A stretch of 64,000 nt of DNA, taken from Candidatus Krumholzibacteriia bacterium. Lineage in GTDB: Bacteria; Krumholzibacteriota; Krumholzibacteriia; Krumholzibacteriales; Krumholzibacteriaceae. A program made the translations under genes and the position numbers. Every line of letters begins with the position of its first letter. The stretch's first letter is position 1. The stretch lies in NCBI GenBank assembly GCA_963836185.1, contig CAWIIQ010000002.1, positions 96,001 to 160,000 on the forward strand, given 5' to 3'. This document shows positions 9,709 to 18,014 of the stretch, piece by piece. The notes under the pieces are model-generated. The model did no database searches and was not told the origin of the DNA. It was given only the letters and a program-made list of their open reading frames with translations.

Positions 9709-10344
9709 CTAGCGGGAGCCGGCCGCCTTGTGGGCCATCGCGAGGGGCACGGGAATGCGGTACTTCGGTGAGCAGGCGAGGACTGTCAGTATCGCAGTGT
9801 GAAGGTCTATCATGTGCCCCGGTGAGACGTAAACGGGCCTTACTCCCGTTCTTGTCCTGAGCACGGATCCTATCACCCGGCCGGACCGGTCCTCGACCGT
9901 GGAACTGTCCCCACGCTCCGGCCCCGGCTCATCGTGCCTGCCGAAGAGGTGCGACTTGGCGCAGCCGATCGATGGTATGCCGAGGTCGATGCCGAGATGG
10001 CTTGCCATGCCCAGGCCCCTCGGATGTGCCGTGCCGTGACTGTCGCAGAGGATCAGGCCGGGGACCGTACGAAGCTCTTTCCACGCTTCCAGTATCGGAG
10101 GTATCTCACGGAACGAGAGCAGGCCGGGGATGTAGGGGAAAGATGTCGGTGAATCCCGTACGACAGTCTCGACCGGTTCGAGGCCGGGGAAGGTGACGAC
10201 GACCAGCGCGGCCCGCGAGGTCTCGCGCCGGGGGAAATGCACGTCGGCCGCTGCGATCGTGGCGACCCTACGTCCGTCCCATTTCGTGCTGACCATCCCG
10301 CTGAGGTTTTTCTGGAGCTCTATTGCCTCGGAAAGGGTAACCAT
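9709..10344 (-). CDS. nfi: Endonuclease V (deoxyinosine 3' endonuclease)
   Basis: PYIPGLLSFRE, DSHGTAHPRGLGMASHLG, IGCAKS, PVYVSPGH. Confidence 0.95.
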   Translation of the reverse strand: MVTLSEAIELQKNLSGMVSTKWDGRRVATIAAADVHFPRRETSRAALVVVTFPGLEPVETVVRDSPTSFPYIPGLLSFREIPPILEAWKELRTVPGLILCDSHGTAHPRGLGMASHLGIDLGIPSIGCAKSHLFGRHDEPGPERGDSSTVEDRSGRVIGSVLRTRTGVRPVYVSPGHMIDLHTAILTVLACSPKYRIPVPLAMAHKAAGSR

Positions 10345-10362
10345 TGCCTGACCTGCGACGCG

Positions 10363-11475
10363 TCAGTGGCTCGGTTCATCGTCTGCGACCAATAACGCGA
10401 GCTTGAAAATCAAACCATCTTTATCGATATGATTTTCACAATTAGTGAAAATTATAAAATGAATATCGCTGTCCGGGAAGTACCAGTGCATCGACCAATA
10501 GCCTGGACCACCACCCGCATGCGCGATGGTCCGATAACCATTGAATACGCGAGGCTGAACACCATATCCATACCCGGTATCTTCACCATTTAAAAGATGA
10601 TAACCGGTTCGAGCTTTCTCCAGGTTCTCTCTGGTCACGATCTTATAAGTATTAAGTGCCTGATAATATCTGTTGAAGTCGCCAACGGTGCTGACTAGCG
10701 CACCTGCTGAATATAAGACTGAAGGACTTACATATTCCGCGTTTTCAAAACCCTCCGGTCCTTTCATATATCCCTTTGATCTCTTCGTGATGATCCTGTT
10801 ATAGTCGTTGTAGTATGTATTTTCCATTTCAGCAGGCTCAAAAATGGATTTCTCCAGATACTCCTGATATGACATCCCTGATGCTTTTTCAATGATGTAC
10901 CCTAGTAAATAATAACCGGAATTGCTATATCGGTATTCTGTCCCAGGCTCGAAATCCAATTCCTCATCGATAAATAGATCGATAAATTCAGAGGGGGTAT
11001 GGTCCCTTCTCCAGACTGACTGGTCAAAATCCTCTGATGACAGGTAATCAGGAATTCCCGATGTGTGTGTCAGGAGATGTTCGATTGTTATTGTATTTCC
11101 ACCTGTCGGATAGTCAGGAATGAACCTCGTTATCGGGTCCTGCAGAGATACTTTCCCTTGTTCGGTCAAAAGCAAAACGGCTGTTGCTGTAAATTGTTTT
11201 GTATTTGATGCTATCTCAAATACATAGTCAGGTGTAAGGGGAACGCCCAGTTCCATGTCTGCCATTCCAAATGCTTTTTCATATATGATCTCACCTCTTC
11301 GCGATATTAAAACAGAACAGCCAGGCTCGTCTGATTTGAATTCTTTTGATAGAGCAGTATTGATCTCATCGATTACCGCTTTTTCATCAATCGAGAATGG
11401 GCTGGCGCCTGAAAGCATAAAGAGCGTCAGGCAGATCAACACGAGGAAACGCGATCTTATCCTGCAATGTACCAA
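10363..11475 (-). CDS. Serine hydrolase, beta-lactamase/AmpC-like family, exported; low GC
   Basis: IASNTKQFT (SxxK), LLTHTSG, YSNSGY (YxN), HAG; signal-like N-terminus. Confidence 0.9.
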   Translation of the reverse strand: MVHCRIRSRFLVLICLTLFMLSGASPFSIDEKAVIDEINTALSKEFKSDEPGCSVLISRRGEIIYEKAFGMADMELGVPLTPDYVFEIASNTKQFTATAVLLLTEQGKVSLQDPITRFIPDYPTGGNTITIEHLLTHTSGIPDYLSSEDFDQSVWRRDHTPSEFIDLFIDEELDFEPGTEYRYSNSGYYLLGYIIEKASGMSYQEYLEKSIFEPAEMENTYYNDYNRIITKRSKGYMKGPEGFENAEYVSPSVLYSAGALVSTVGDFNRYYQALNTYKIVTRENLEKARTGYHLLNGEDTGYGYGVQPRVFNGYRTIAHAGGGPGYWSMHWYFPDSDIHFIIFTNCENHIDKDGLIFKLALLVADDEPSH

Positions 11476-11495
11476 TGGATTTCACTTTCTGAATA

Positions 11496-12893
11496 TCAGC
11501 TTATCTCCACTTCCTCGCCCGGCTCGGGCAGGTGCGCCGGGTAACCCTCCGCGATAAGGGTGTTGAAGAGCTCGCGGGACTGCTCTTCCTCACCGTGCAC
11601 GAGGAATATCCCTTTGACAGTGTCCTTAAGGGGTTTTACGTACTCGAGCAGATCGTTGCGGTCGGCGTGAGCACTGAAGGCGTTCATGATCTCTACCTCG
11701 GCCTTCAGGCCGTATTCCTCGCCGAAGATCTTTACGACGGGCTGTCTTTCGGCGATCTTGCGGCCCAGGGTGTTTCTGGCCATGTAGCCTACGATGAGAA
11801 TGGTGTTTCTCGGATCGCCGATATTGTTCTTGAGGTGATGGAGGATCCTGCCGGCTTCGCACATACCCGACGCGGAGATGATTATCATCGGCCTGTCATC
11901 GCTGTTCAGTTCCTTGGACCGCTCAACATTCTTGACGTACTCGAAGTTGAGCGTTCCCAGCGGATCCTCGCCCGTGTTGAAAGACTTGTACATCTCTTCG
12001 TCATATACCTGCGGATGGTGTGAGAAGATCTCGGTTATCTTCGTGGCGAGCGGGCTGTCGATTATCACGGGGATATCGGGGAGCCTGCCTTCGAGACGCA
12101 GCTGGTTGAGGAAGTAGACGATCTCCTGCGTCCTCTCGAGAGCGAAGGACGGAATGATTATCTTGCCGCCCCTCTTGACCGTCCGGGAGACGCAGTCGGC
12201 CAGCTTTTCCTTGCCTGTCTCGGCAGGATCGTGTACCCGTCCTCCGTAAGTGCTCTCGAGGATGAGCCAGTCTATCTCGGGAGGCTGTTCAGGGTCGTTG
12301 AGTATCGGGATATCCTTCCGTCCGAGATCGACGGCATAAGCCAGCTTGACCTTGTTGTCATCATCCCCGATCTCGATAAGGGGAGTTGCAGATCCGAGTA
12401 CGTGACCGGCATCGTAAAAGGTCACATCGATATCATCTGTGACGTTGACCCTCTGGTTGTAGGGATGGCCCGTGAAAAATTCCAGGGATTCCTGGGCCTC
12501 TTCCTTCGTATAGATAGGCTTTACGGAAGGGAGGCCTTTCCTTTTGTGAAGCTTGCTTACATATTTGGCGTCTGATTCCTGGATGTGCCCGCTGTCGGGG
12601 AGCATGGCAGAGCAGAGATCCCTCGTTGGATCCGTAGTGACGATCCTCCCTCCGAAGTCCTGCTTTACTAGGTTGGGGATGTTGCCGCTGTGATCGATAT
12701 GAGCGTGGGAAAGGATGCATGCGTCGAGTTCGCCCGGCACGAAGTCGAACGTTGAGTTTTTCTCGAAGAAATCCTGCCGGCGTCCCTGGAACAGTCCGCA
12801 ATCGATGATGACCTTCGAGTTTTCCGTTGTGATGAGGTGATTCGACCCGGTTACTTCCCTGACCGCTCCCAGAAACTTCAGCTTGATTCCCAT
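11496..12893 (-). CDS. MBL-fold beta-CASP ribonuclease (YSH1-like)
   Basis: EVTGS, DCG, HAHIDHSG, AGHVLGS, ESTYG, FSAHAD. Confidence 0.95.
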   Translation of the reverse strand: MGIKLKFLGAVREVTGSNHLITTENSKVIIDCGLFQGRRQDFFEKNSTFDFVPGELDACILSHAHIDHSGNIPNLVKQDFGGRIVTTDPTRDLCSAMLPDSGHIQESDAKYVSKLHKRKGLPSVKPIYTKEEAQESLEFFTGHPYNQRVNVTDDIDVTFYDAGHVLGSATPLIEIGDDDNKVKLAYAVDLGRKDIPILNDPEQPPEIDWLILESTYGGRVHDPAETGKEKLADCVSRTVKRGGKIIIPSFALERTQEIVYFLNQLRLEGRLPDIPVIIDSPLATKITEIFSHHPQVYDEEMYKSFNTGEDPLGTLNFEYVKNVERSKELNSDDRPMIIISASGMCEAGRILHHLKNNIGDPRNTILIVGYMARNTLGRKIAERQPVVKIFGEEYGLKAEVEIMNAFSAHADRNDLLEYVKPLKDTVKGIFLVHGEEEQSRELFNTLIAEGYPAHLPEPGEEVEIS

Positions 12894-12941
12894 TGTTCTC
12901 CCTTCAACGACCTTCTATCAGCGTTTGATGCCGGTTGTTGA

Positions 12942-14801
12942 CTAAATGTACGGCTCAAGTTCGATCGTTGCACTCTTTTTCTCGTTGTCTCTCCTGAACT
13001 CGACCTCGACCTTTTCTCCACTTTCACCATGGAAGAGCGAAAGGATGCGGTCGATGTTCTCATCCGTGGCCACGGCGCCGCCTACAGTTTCGAGGATATC
13101 TCCGGGCCGAATGTCGGCCCTGTCGGCCGGTGAGTCCGGTATCACCAGCCTCACGATGAGAGCGCCTTTGTCATCAGCGGAGATCTGCATACCTGAACGG
13201 TCCGGCCAGAATGGATCGCCGGAGGAATCGTTCGGCAGCAGGACGGCAAGCTGGTTCCCATAGTCGAGCCAGGCAGTGAATCTTTCAAGGATGTCGTTTC
13301 CTATCACCCCGGCGATCCCCTCGAAAGCGCCGATTCCCTTGCCGCCGAGAGGCACGGTGAATACCGGACCAGAGAGCTCCGACTCCCCGATCTTTATCGA
13401 TTTGAACCGCGCGACTGCTGCACGGTCCTCGCCTCCCGCTCCTGCCACTACGATATCGACTGTCTTCCTGTCATCCAGAAGGCCGTTAGCGTCTACGAAC
13501 GGTTTCTGCAGGACGGATGAATTCGCGCCTGTGTCTATCAGGAACGTACCCTCGTGCTGCCCGTCCAGAATGGCCGCGGCTGAGAATATCTTGTGCATGA
13601 GGGGAGCCTGTATCGTGTCACCACCTTCGATGGAAGGTTGTGAGCCGGGCCTGAAAAATGTGATAAGTCTTTTTTCGTAGTCGATCCTCGTTACGAATCT
13701 GCTCAGGAAATCGTATCCGAGTACTCCGCCCGCCTCGATGCCCGAGTAGCTTCCTGTCAGGGCGGATATCGGGTAGATGATCGCGGTCTGTTCCTCGAAC
13801 TCGATGCCGCCGGTACTGAATCCAGGAAGCCGCGTCATGCTGAAATCGGTCATCCCGCCGGCTCCGGCGCCGGGAATCTGCCCGTCGGACTCGAAGCCCA
13901 TCGCTTCGGCCAGATCCTCATCGATCATCGTCATTCCAGCGCCTGAATCGAGAATGAAAAGCCGCTCAGGTCCGCCATCCTTTATCCGTACAGGCAGGTA
14001 TATGTGCCTGTTTACGTAGAAGAACTCGATCGTCGCTGAGTCGCCTTCCGAGACGAACCTGAAATCGTCCGCGAGGTCGCCGGGAGGGAGGAAGACAGCG
14101 GGGTCGATCACCGTGTTGATCTCCACGTCGAGCGTTCTGACCTCGAGCGCCTGGCCGATAGCCTTCTGTGAAGTCACGCTTCTGAACGGTATCATTATCC
14201 CGCTGCTCTCGCGGTAATCATGGAACCTCTGCTCGACTGTGCCGGTCATCGATTCGATCTCGATCATCATGATGAGGTATGAAGAGGGATCGATGAAGAT
14301 CCTGCAGGGGTAACCTTCTTCCGGGGTGAGAGCCAGCACATGGTATTCAGACGAATCGACGGCGGCAGTTCCCGCATATTCGAGATCGAATCCATCGATG
14401 CGCGATACATAACCGAAGCTTTCAAGAAGACAGGTCGTGATCTGGTTCTTTCGCGAATCCTCATCGCGCCTTATCTGAAGCATGCCGTTGGGTCCGACCA
14501 TCCAGCTCCGCTCACCGTCGAATCCCTGTCTGATCGTAAATAGCCCGAGCTTCGCTTCCGTCAGGGAGAGGCACGGCATCAGTATCACCGACCTGATACT
14601 GCCCTTCATGCCGGTAGATATCATCTCTACCTCTCCGGTCGATACGACAGAGCGGATCCCGTCAAGCGCATCCCGTCCCCCCAGAGCTTCAACGTGTCTC
14701 TCCAGGAGGACATCCAGGGTGATCTCTTCGGTTCCGGCAGGCGATGCCAGGACTGCCGCCAGAAGGGCGATCGTCACTGAAAGACAGGTGGTTCTACCCA
14801 T
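12942..14801 (-). CDS. Exported retropepsin-like aspartyl protease with two protease domains and a C-terminal PDZ domain
   Basis: Signal peptide; FILDSGA and FLIDTGA; GVLGYDFL and GVIGNDIL; SPADRADIRPGD PDZ motif. Confidence 0.85.
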   Translation of the reverse strand: MGRTTCLSVTIALLAAVLASPAGTEEITLDVLLERHVEALGGRDALDGIRSVVSTGEVEMISTGMKGSIRSVILMPCLSLTEAKLGLFTIRQGFDGERSWMVGPNGMLQIRRDEDSRKNQITTCLLESFGYVSRIDGFDLEYAGTAAVDSSEYHVLALTPEEGYPCRIFIDPSSYLIMMIEIESMTGTVEQRFHDYRESSGIMIPFRSVTSQKAIGQALEVRTLDVEINTVIDPAVFLPPGDLADDFRFVSEGDSATIEFFYVNRHIYLPVRIKDGGPERLFILDSGAGMTMIDEDLAEAMGFESDGQIPGAGAGGMTDFSMTRLPGFSTGGIEFEEQTAIIYPISALTGSYSGIEAGGVLGYDFLSRFVTRIDYEKRLITFFRPGSQPSIEGGDTIQAPLMHKIFSAAAILDGQHEGTFLIDTGANSSVLQKPFVDANGLLDDRKTVDIVVAGAGGEDRAAVARFKSIKIGESELSGPVFTVPLGGKGIGAFEGIAGVIGNDILERFTAWLDYGNQLAVLLPNDSSGDPFWPDRSGMQISADDKGALIVRLVIPDSPADRADIRPGDILETVGGAVATDENIDRILSLFHGESGEKVEVEFRRDNEKKSATIELEPYI

Positions 14802-15055
14802 TTTTTCTCCCGCCGGAAGAGGCCTGTTCACTTCGGAGACTGTCTCTGCGCGGCATGAACTGCCAGCCTGAGGCGATCATACCGCTTTTCGGCGATGTTA
14901 TCACAGCGTGTGGCGGTCCGAGAACCGGTTTTGAATGAAAACCCCTATTTCTCGAAACCGGCTCGCCGGGGGAATAATCATTGCAGATTACAAGGGTGGA
15001 CCTTAAAGGACACCTTTGGACAGATCAAAACAAGGTTCTTCCTGAAGCGCTTGAA

Positions 15056-15089
15056 GGCGAGGCCGGGAATGGGGCCCCGGTCCTCGCCG
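15056..15089 (-). terminator. GC-rich hairpin just after the pmbA stop (possible terminator)
   Basis: GGCGAGG..CCGGG / CCCGG..CCTCGCC inverted repeat; only a weak U-tract. Confidence 0.4.
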
Positions 15090-15092
15090 CGC

Positions 15093-16436
15093 TCAGGTTC
15101 CACTGACAGTCATCGAATCGATGCGCAGCGTGGGGCAGTTGATAGACCCACGCCACTCCAGATCGCTTCCGACCATCGCTATTCCCGAGAGCATCTGAGC
15201 GAATGTGCCTGTGACAGTGAACTCGCTGACCGGCTCGGCGAGTCTCCCTCCGCGGATCCAGATACCCTGGGCTCCCTGCGAGAAATCTCCCGTGCTCCAG
15301 TTTGCGCCGGGGCCCGACATGGATGTGAGGTAGAGTCCGTTGTCGACTCCGGCGATTATCTCTTCGGGCGACTGCTCACCCGCTTTCATGTAAAGATTAG
15401 AAGGTCCGCCTGCGTTTCCCGTTGTCTTCAGCCCGAGCTTCCTTGCCTGGTAACTGCTGAGGAGATAGTTCTCGAGCCTTCCGGCATCGATGATCGTCTT
15501 GGTGCGTGATCTGACTCCCTCTCCGTCGAAAGGCCTGCTTCCGGGCCTGCCTTTTATGAGGGGATCGTCGATGACTGAAACGAGGGGTGAGCCGATTTCC
15601 TTTCCCAGCATATCGACCAGAAATGACGATTTACGGTATATGCTCGATCCGCCGGCCGCGCTCGCGAGGTACGAGAGAAGCTGCCTGGCTGTGACGTCAT
15701 CGAATACTACCGGCACTTCGCAGGATCTCGGTTTGACGGCGCCGAGTTTTCTCAGTGTCCGCTCTACCGCCCTGGAAGCCACTTTCTCGACCGGATCGAG
15801 ACCGGAGAACGAGATCGACGTCGAGTACCACCACGAGGACTGCTTCTTGCCCTTGTTCTCCCCTGAGGATGGATGGTCCTCGGCGGCGCACGAAACACTT
15901 ATCGAGCTCGAGGTCCTGTCGAAGGACTCGCAGAATCCCAGTGAGTTCGCGAGGACGCTCGTAAGTGTGACAGTCGAGCAGGAGGCGCCGTCGCTGATTA
16001 TCCTGTCATCCATTTCGGCCGTAGCCCGCTCGAGCCTCATCGCCATGTCTATCTTTTCCGCGGCTGTGACCGTGGATGTCTTCTCGTCGAATGATCCAAG
16101 GTCCCCTTCGGCGGCGCCGAGCTCTTCCTTGTCGGGCAGGCCGGCGTATTCGTCATGGTCCATGATCCGGGCAAGCTCGACACCCTCGGCGATCAGCTGC
16201 ATGATACTGTCTTCGGAGATATCGGTAGATGTGATGACCGCTTTTCTTCCTCCGATGTAGATATCGATAGCTATCCTTCGAGAACCGGATTCGATCAGGT
16301 TCTCTATGGAGCTGTTGCGTACCGTCACAGAGAACTCGGTGTCCCGGAGCAGGGATACCTCGGCCGAGTCCGCGCCCCGCGAGAGGGCTGTCTCGACCGT
16401 CTTTGCCGCAAGATCCTTGAGCTGTTCTTTATCCAT
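15093..16436 (-). CDS. pmbA: TldE/PmbA protein
   Basis: FDGEG, TGNAGG, TGDFSQGA; ATG overlaps the tldD stop (TGATG). Confidence 0.9.
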   Translation of the reverse strand: MDKEQLKDLAAKTVETALSRGADSAEVSLLRDTEFSVTVRNSSIENLIESGSRRIAIDIYIGGRKAVITSTDISEDSIMQLIAEGVELARIMDHDEYAGLPDKEELGAAEGDLGSFDEKTSTVTAAEKIDMAMRLERATAEMDDRIISDGASCSTVTLTSVLANSLGFCESFDRTSSSISVSCAAEDHPSSGENKGKKQSSWWYSTSISFSGLDPVEKVASRAVERTLRKLGAVKPRSCEVPVVFDDVTARQLLSYLASAAGGSSIYRKSSFLVDMLGKEIGSPLVSVIDDPLIKGRPGSRPFDGEGVRSRTKTIIDAGRLENYLLSSYQARKLGLKTTGNAGGPSNLYMKAGEQSPEEIIAGVDNGLYLTSMSGPGANWSTGDFSQGAQGIWIRGGRLAEPVSEFTVTGTFAQMLSGIAMVGSDLEWRGSINCPTLRIDSMTVSGT

Positions 16437-17854
16437 CACTGGAGCTCGCTTCCTCCCACGGTGATCTCCGATATCTTTATAGTCGGAAGGCCGACGCCGA
16501 CAGGGGCCTGCTGGCCCTTTCCGCAGGTCCATCGTCCGTCGCTGAACGAAAAATCGCTGCCTGTCATCGTTACCCGGGTCAGGACATCGGGTCCGTTCCC
16601 TATGAGCGTCAGGTTCTTGACGGGCGCTGTAATACGGCCGTCTTCGACGAGATATGCCTCGATCGGCACGAAAACAAAATCGCCGTTGGAGATATCGACC
16701 TGTCCTCCCCTGAATGATTTGCAGAAGACGCCCTTTTTCGTTGATTTGAAGATCTCTTCCGGATCGGATTCTCCCGCTGCGAGATAGGTGACAGTCATCC
16801 TCGGCAGTGGAGGGCTCTTGTACGATTCGCGTCTGCCGTTACCGGTAGGCTTGACCCCGAAATGATCCGCGCTTATACGGTCATGCATGAATCCTTTGAG
16901 GATACCCTTCTCTATCAGTACGGTAGGTGTCGGGATCGTCCCTTCATCGTCGAAGTTTATCGATCCGCGGTCGTTCATGATCGTTCCATCGTCGATCACG
17001 GTGACGAGGTCGCTTGCGACCCTGTCGCCGACACGGTCGGTATATGTCGATGTCCTTTTTCTTATAAAATCCGCTTCAAGGGGGTGCCCGACCGATTCGT
17101 GCAGGAGGACGCCTGATTCCGCCGGAGCGAGGATGAGTTCCATCGGGCCGGCCGGAGCGTCGATGGCTTCGAGAAGGAGAACAGCCTGTCTTGCCGCTTC
17201 CTCGCCGTGCTCCGCCGGTGTCATCCCCGTGGTGAAATAACTGCTTCCCAGCCTGCCGCCGCCGCTCGATATCCCTATCTGCCTGTTCCCTTTTGATTCC
17301 GCGACTACGCTTACTGAGATCCTGATCATCGGTCGGGTATCCCTCAGCAGCCTGCCCTCAGAAGTGGCTATCTGAATGGTGCTGAGGCTGTCGGCAAGCG
17401 ACACTGTCACCTTGATCACGCGCGGGTCGTGTTTTCTTGCTGCCTCTTCCGCTTCTTCTATCCAGGCTATCTTCTTCTCGAGCGGTATGCCGGTGACCGG
17501 GTCCTCGACAGGATACCTGTTCGTGAAGGGAACCTCGCTGATCGCGACCGGAGGGGGAGAGGCTCCCGTATCGGCGATCGCCGCGGCGGTCAATGCGGCC
17601 TGTTTCATCTTCTCGAAGGAAAGGTCCTCGGTGTAGGCGTATCCTGTCCCTTCACCCTTTACTGCCCGTATTCCCGCGCCATGGGAGATCCACTTGATCC
17701 CCTCCTTGACGATTCCTTCCTCCATGGTGAGCTGGTTCTCGACAGCATGCTCGAAAAAGATATCGCAGTACAGCGCTCCCCTGGACAGGGCGGCCCCCAT
17801 GACCCTTATCATCTTCTCGTCGGGAATCCCGAAATAGTCGGTGTAGGAAAGCAC
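16436..17854 (-). CDS. tldD: TldD metalloprotease
   Basis: HESVGHPLEAD, DDEG, TGNGRRESY, CGKGQ; GTG start chosen by GGAGG spacing (track start 17863). Confidence 0.92.
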   Translation of the reverse strand: MLSYTDYFGIPDEKMIRVMGAALSRGALYCDIFFEHAVENQLTMEEGIVKEGIKWISHGAGIRAVKGEGTGYAYTEDLSFEKMKQAALTAAAIADTGASPPPVAISEVPFTNRYPVEDPVTGIPLEKKIAWIEEAEEAARKHDPRVIKVTVSLADSLSTIQIATSEGRLLRDTRPMIRISVSVVAESKGNRQIGISSGGGRLGSSYFTTGMTPAEHGEEAARQAVLLLEAIDAPAGPMELILAPAESGVLLHESVGHPLEADFIRKRTSTYTDRVGDRVASDLVTVIDDGTIMNDRGSINFDDEGTIPTPTVLIEKGILKGFMHDRISADHFGVKPTGNGRRESYKSPPLPRMTVTYLAAGESDPEEIFKSTKKGVFCKSFRGGQVDISNGDFVFVPIEAYLVEDGRITAPVKNLTLIGNGPDVLTRVTMTGSDFSFSDGRWTCGKGQQAPVGVGLPTIKISEITVGGSELQ

Positions 17855-17950
17855 CGCGAGCACCTCCGAATGCCGCGCGAAAGACTTAGTATTCAGTTTT
17901 ATCCTCCGGGAATGCCCTTGACCGGCGAGACAGCAACGGACAGGGCGGCG

Positions 17951-17979
17951 TTGCCCCCGGAAATAATAGGTGGTATACT
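17951..17979 (+). promoter_or_regulatory. Sigma70-type promoter for the M28 peptidase gene
   Basis: TTGCCC-17 nt-TATACT. Confidence 0.5.
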
Positions 17980-18014
17980 ATAATGAAAGGCCCCATTTGG
18001 AAAGGAATTTCCGG

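Noticed and set aside
14895-15509. 204-aa plus-strand ORF and intergenic hairpins at 14990-15030
   Set aside because: Mostly antisense to pmbA, no motifs; hairpins too weak to call an RNA.
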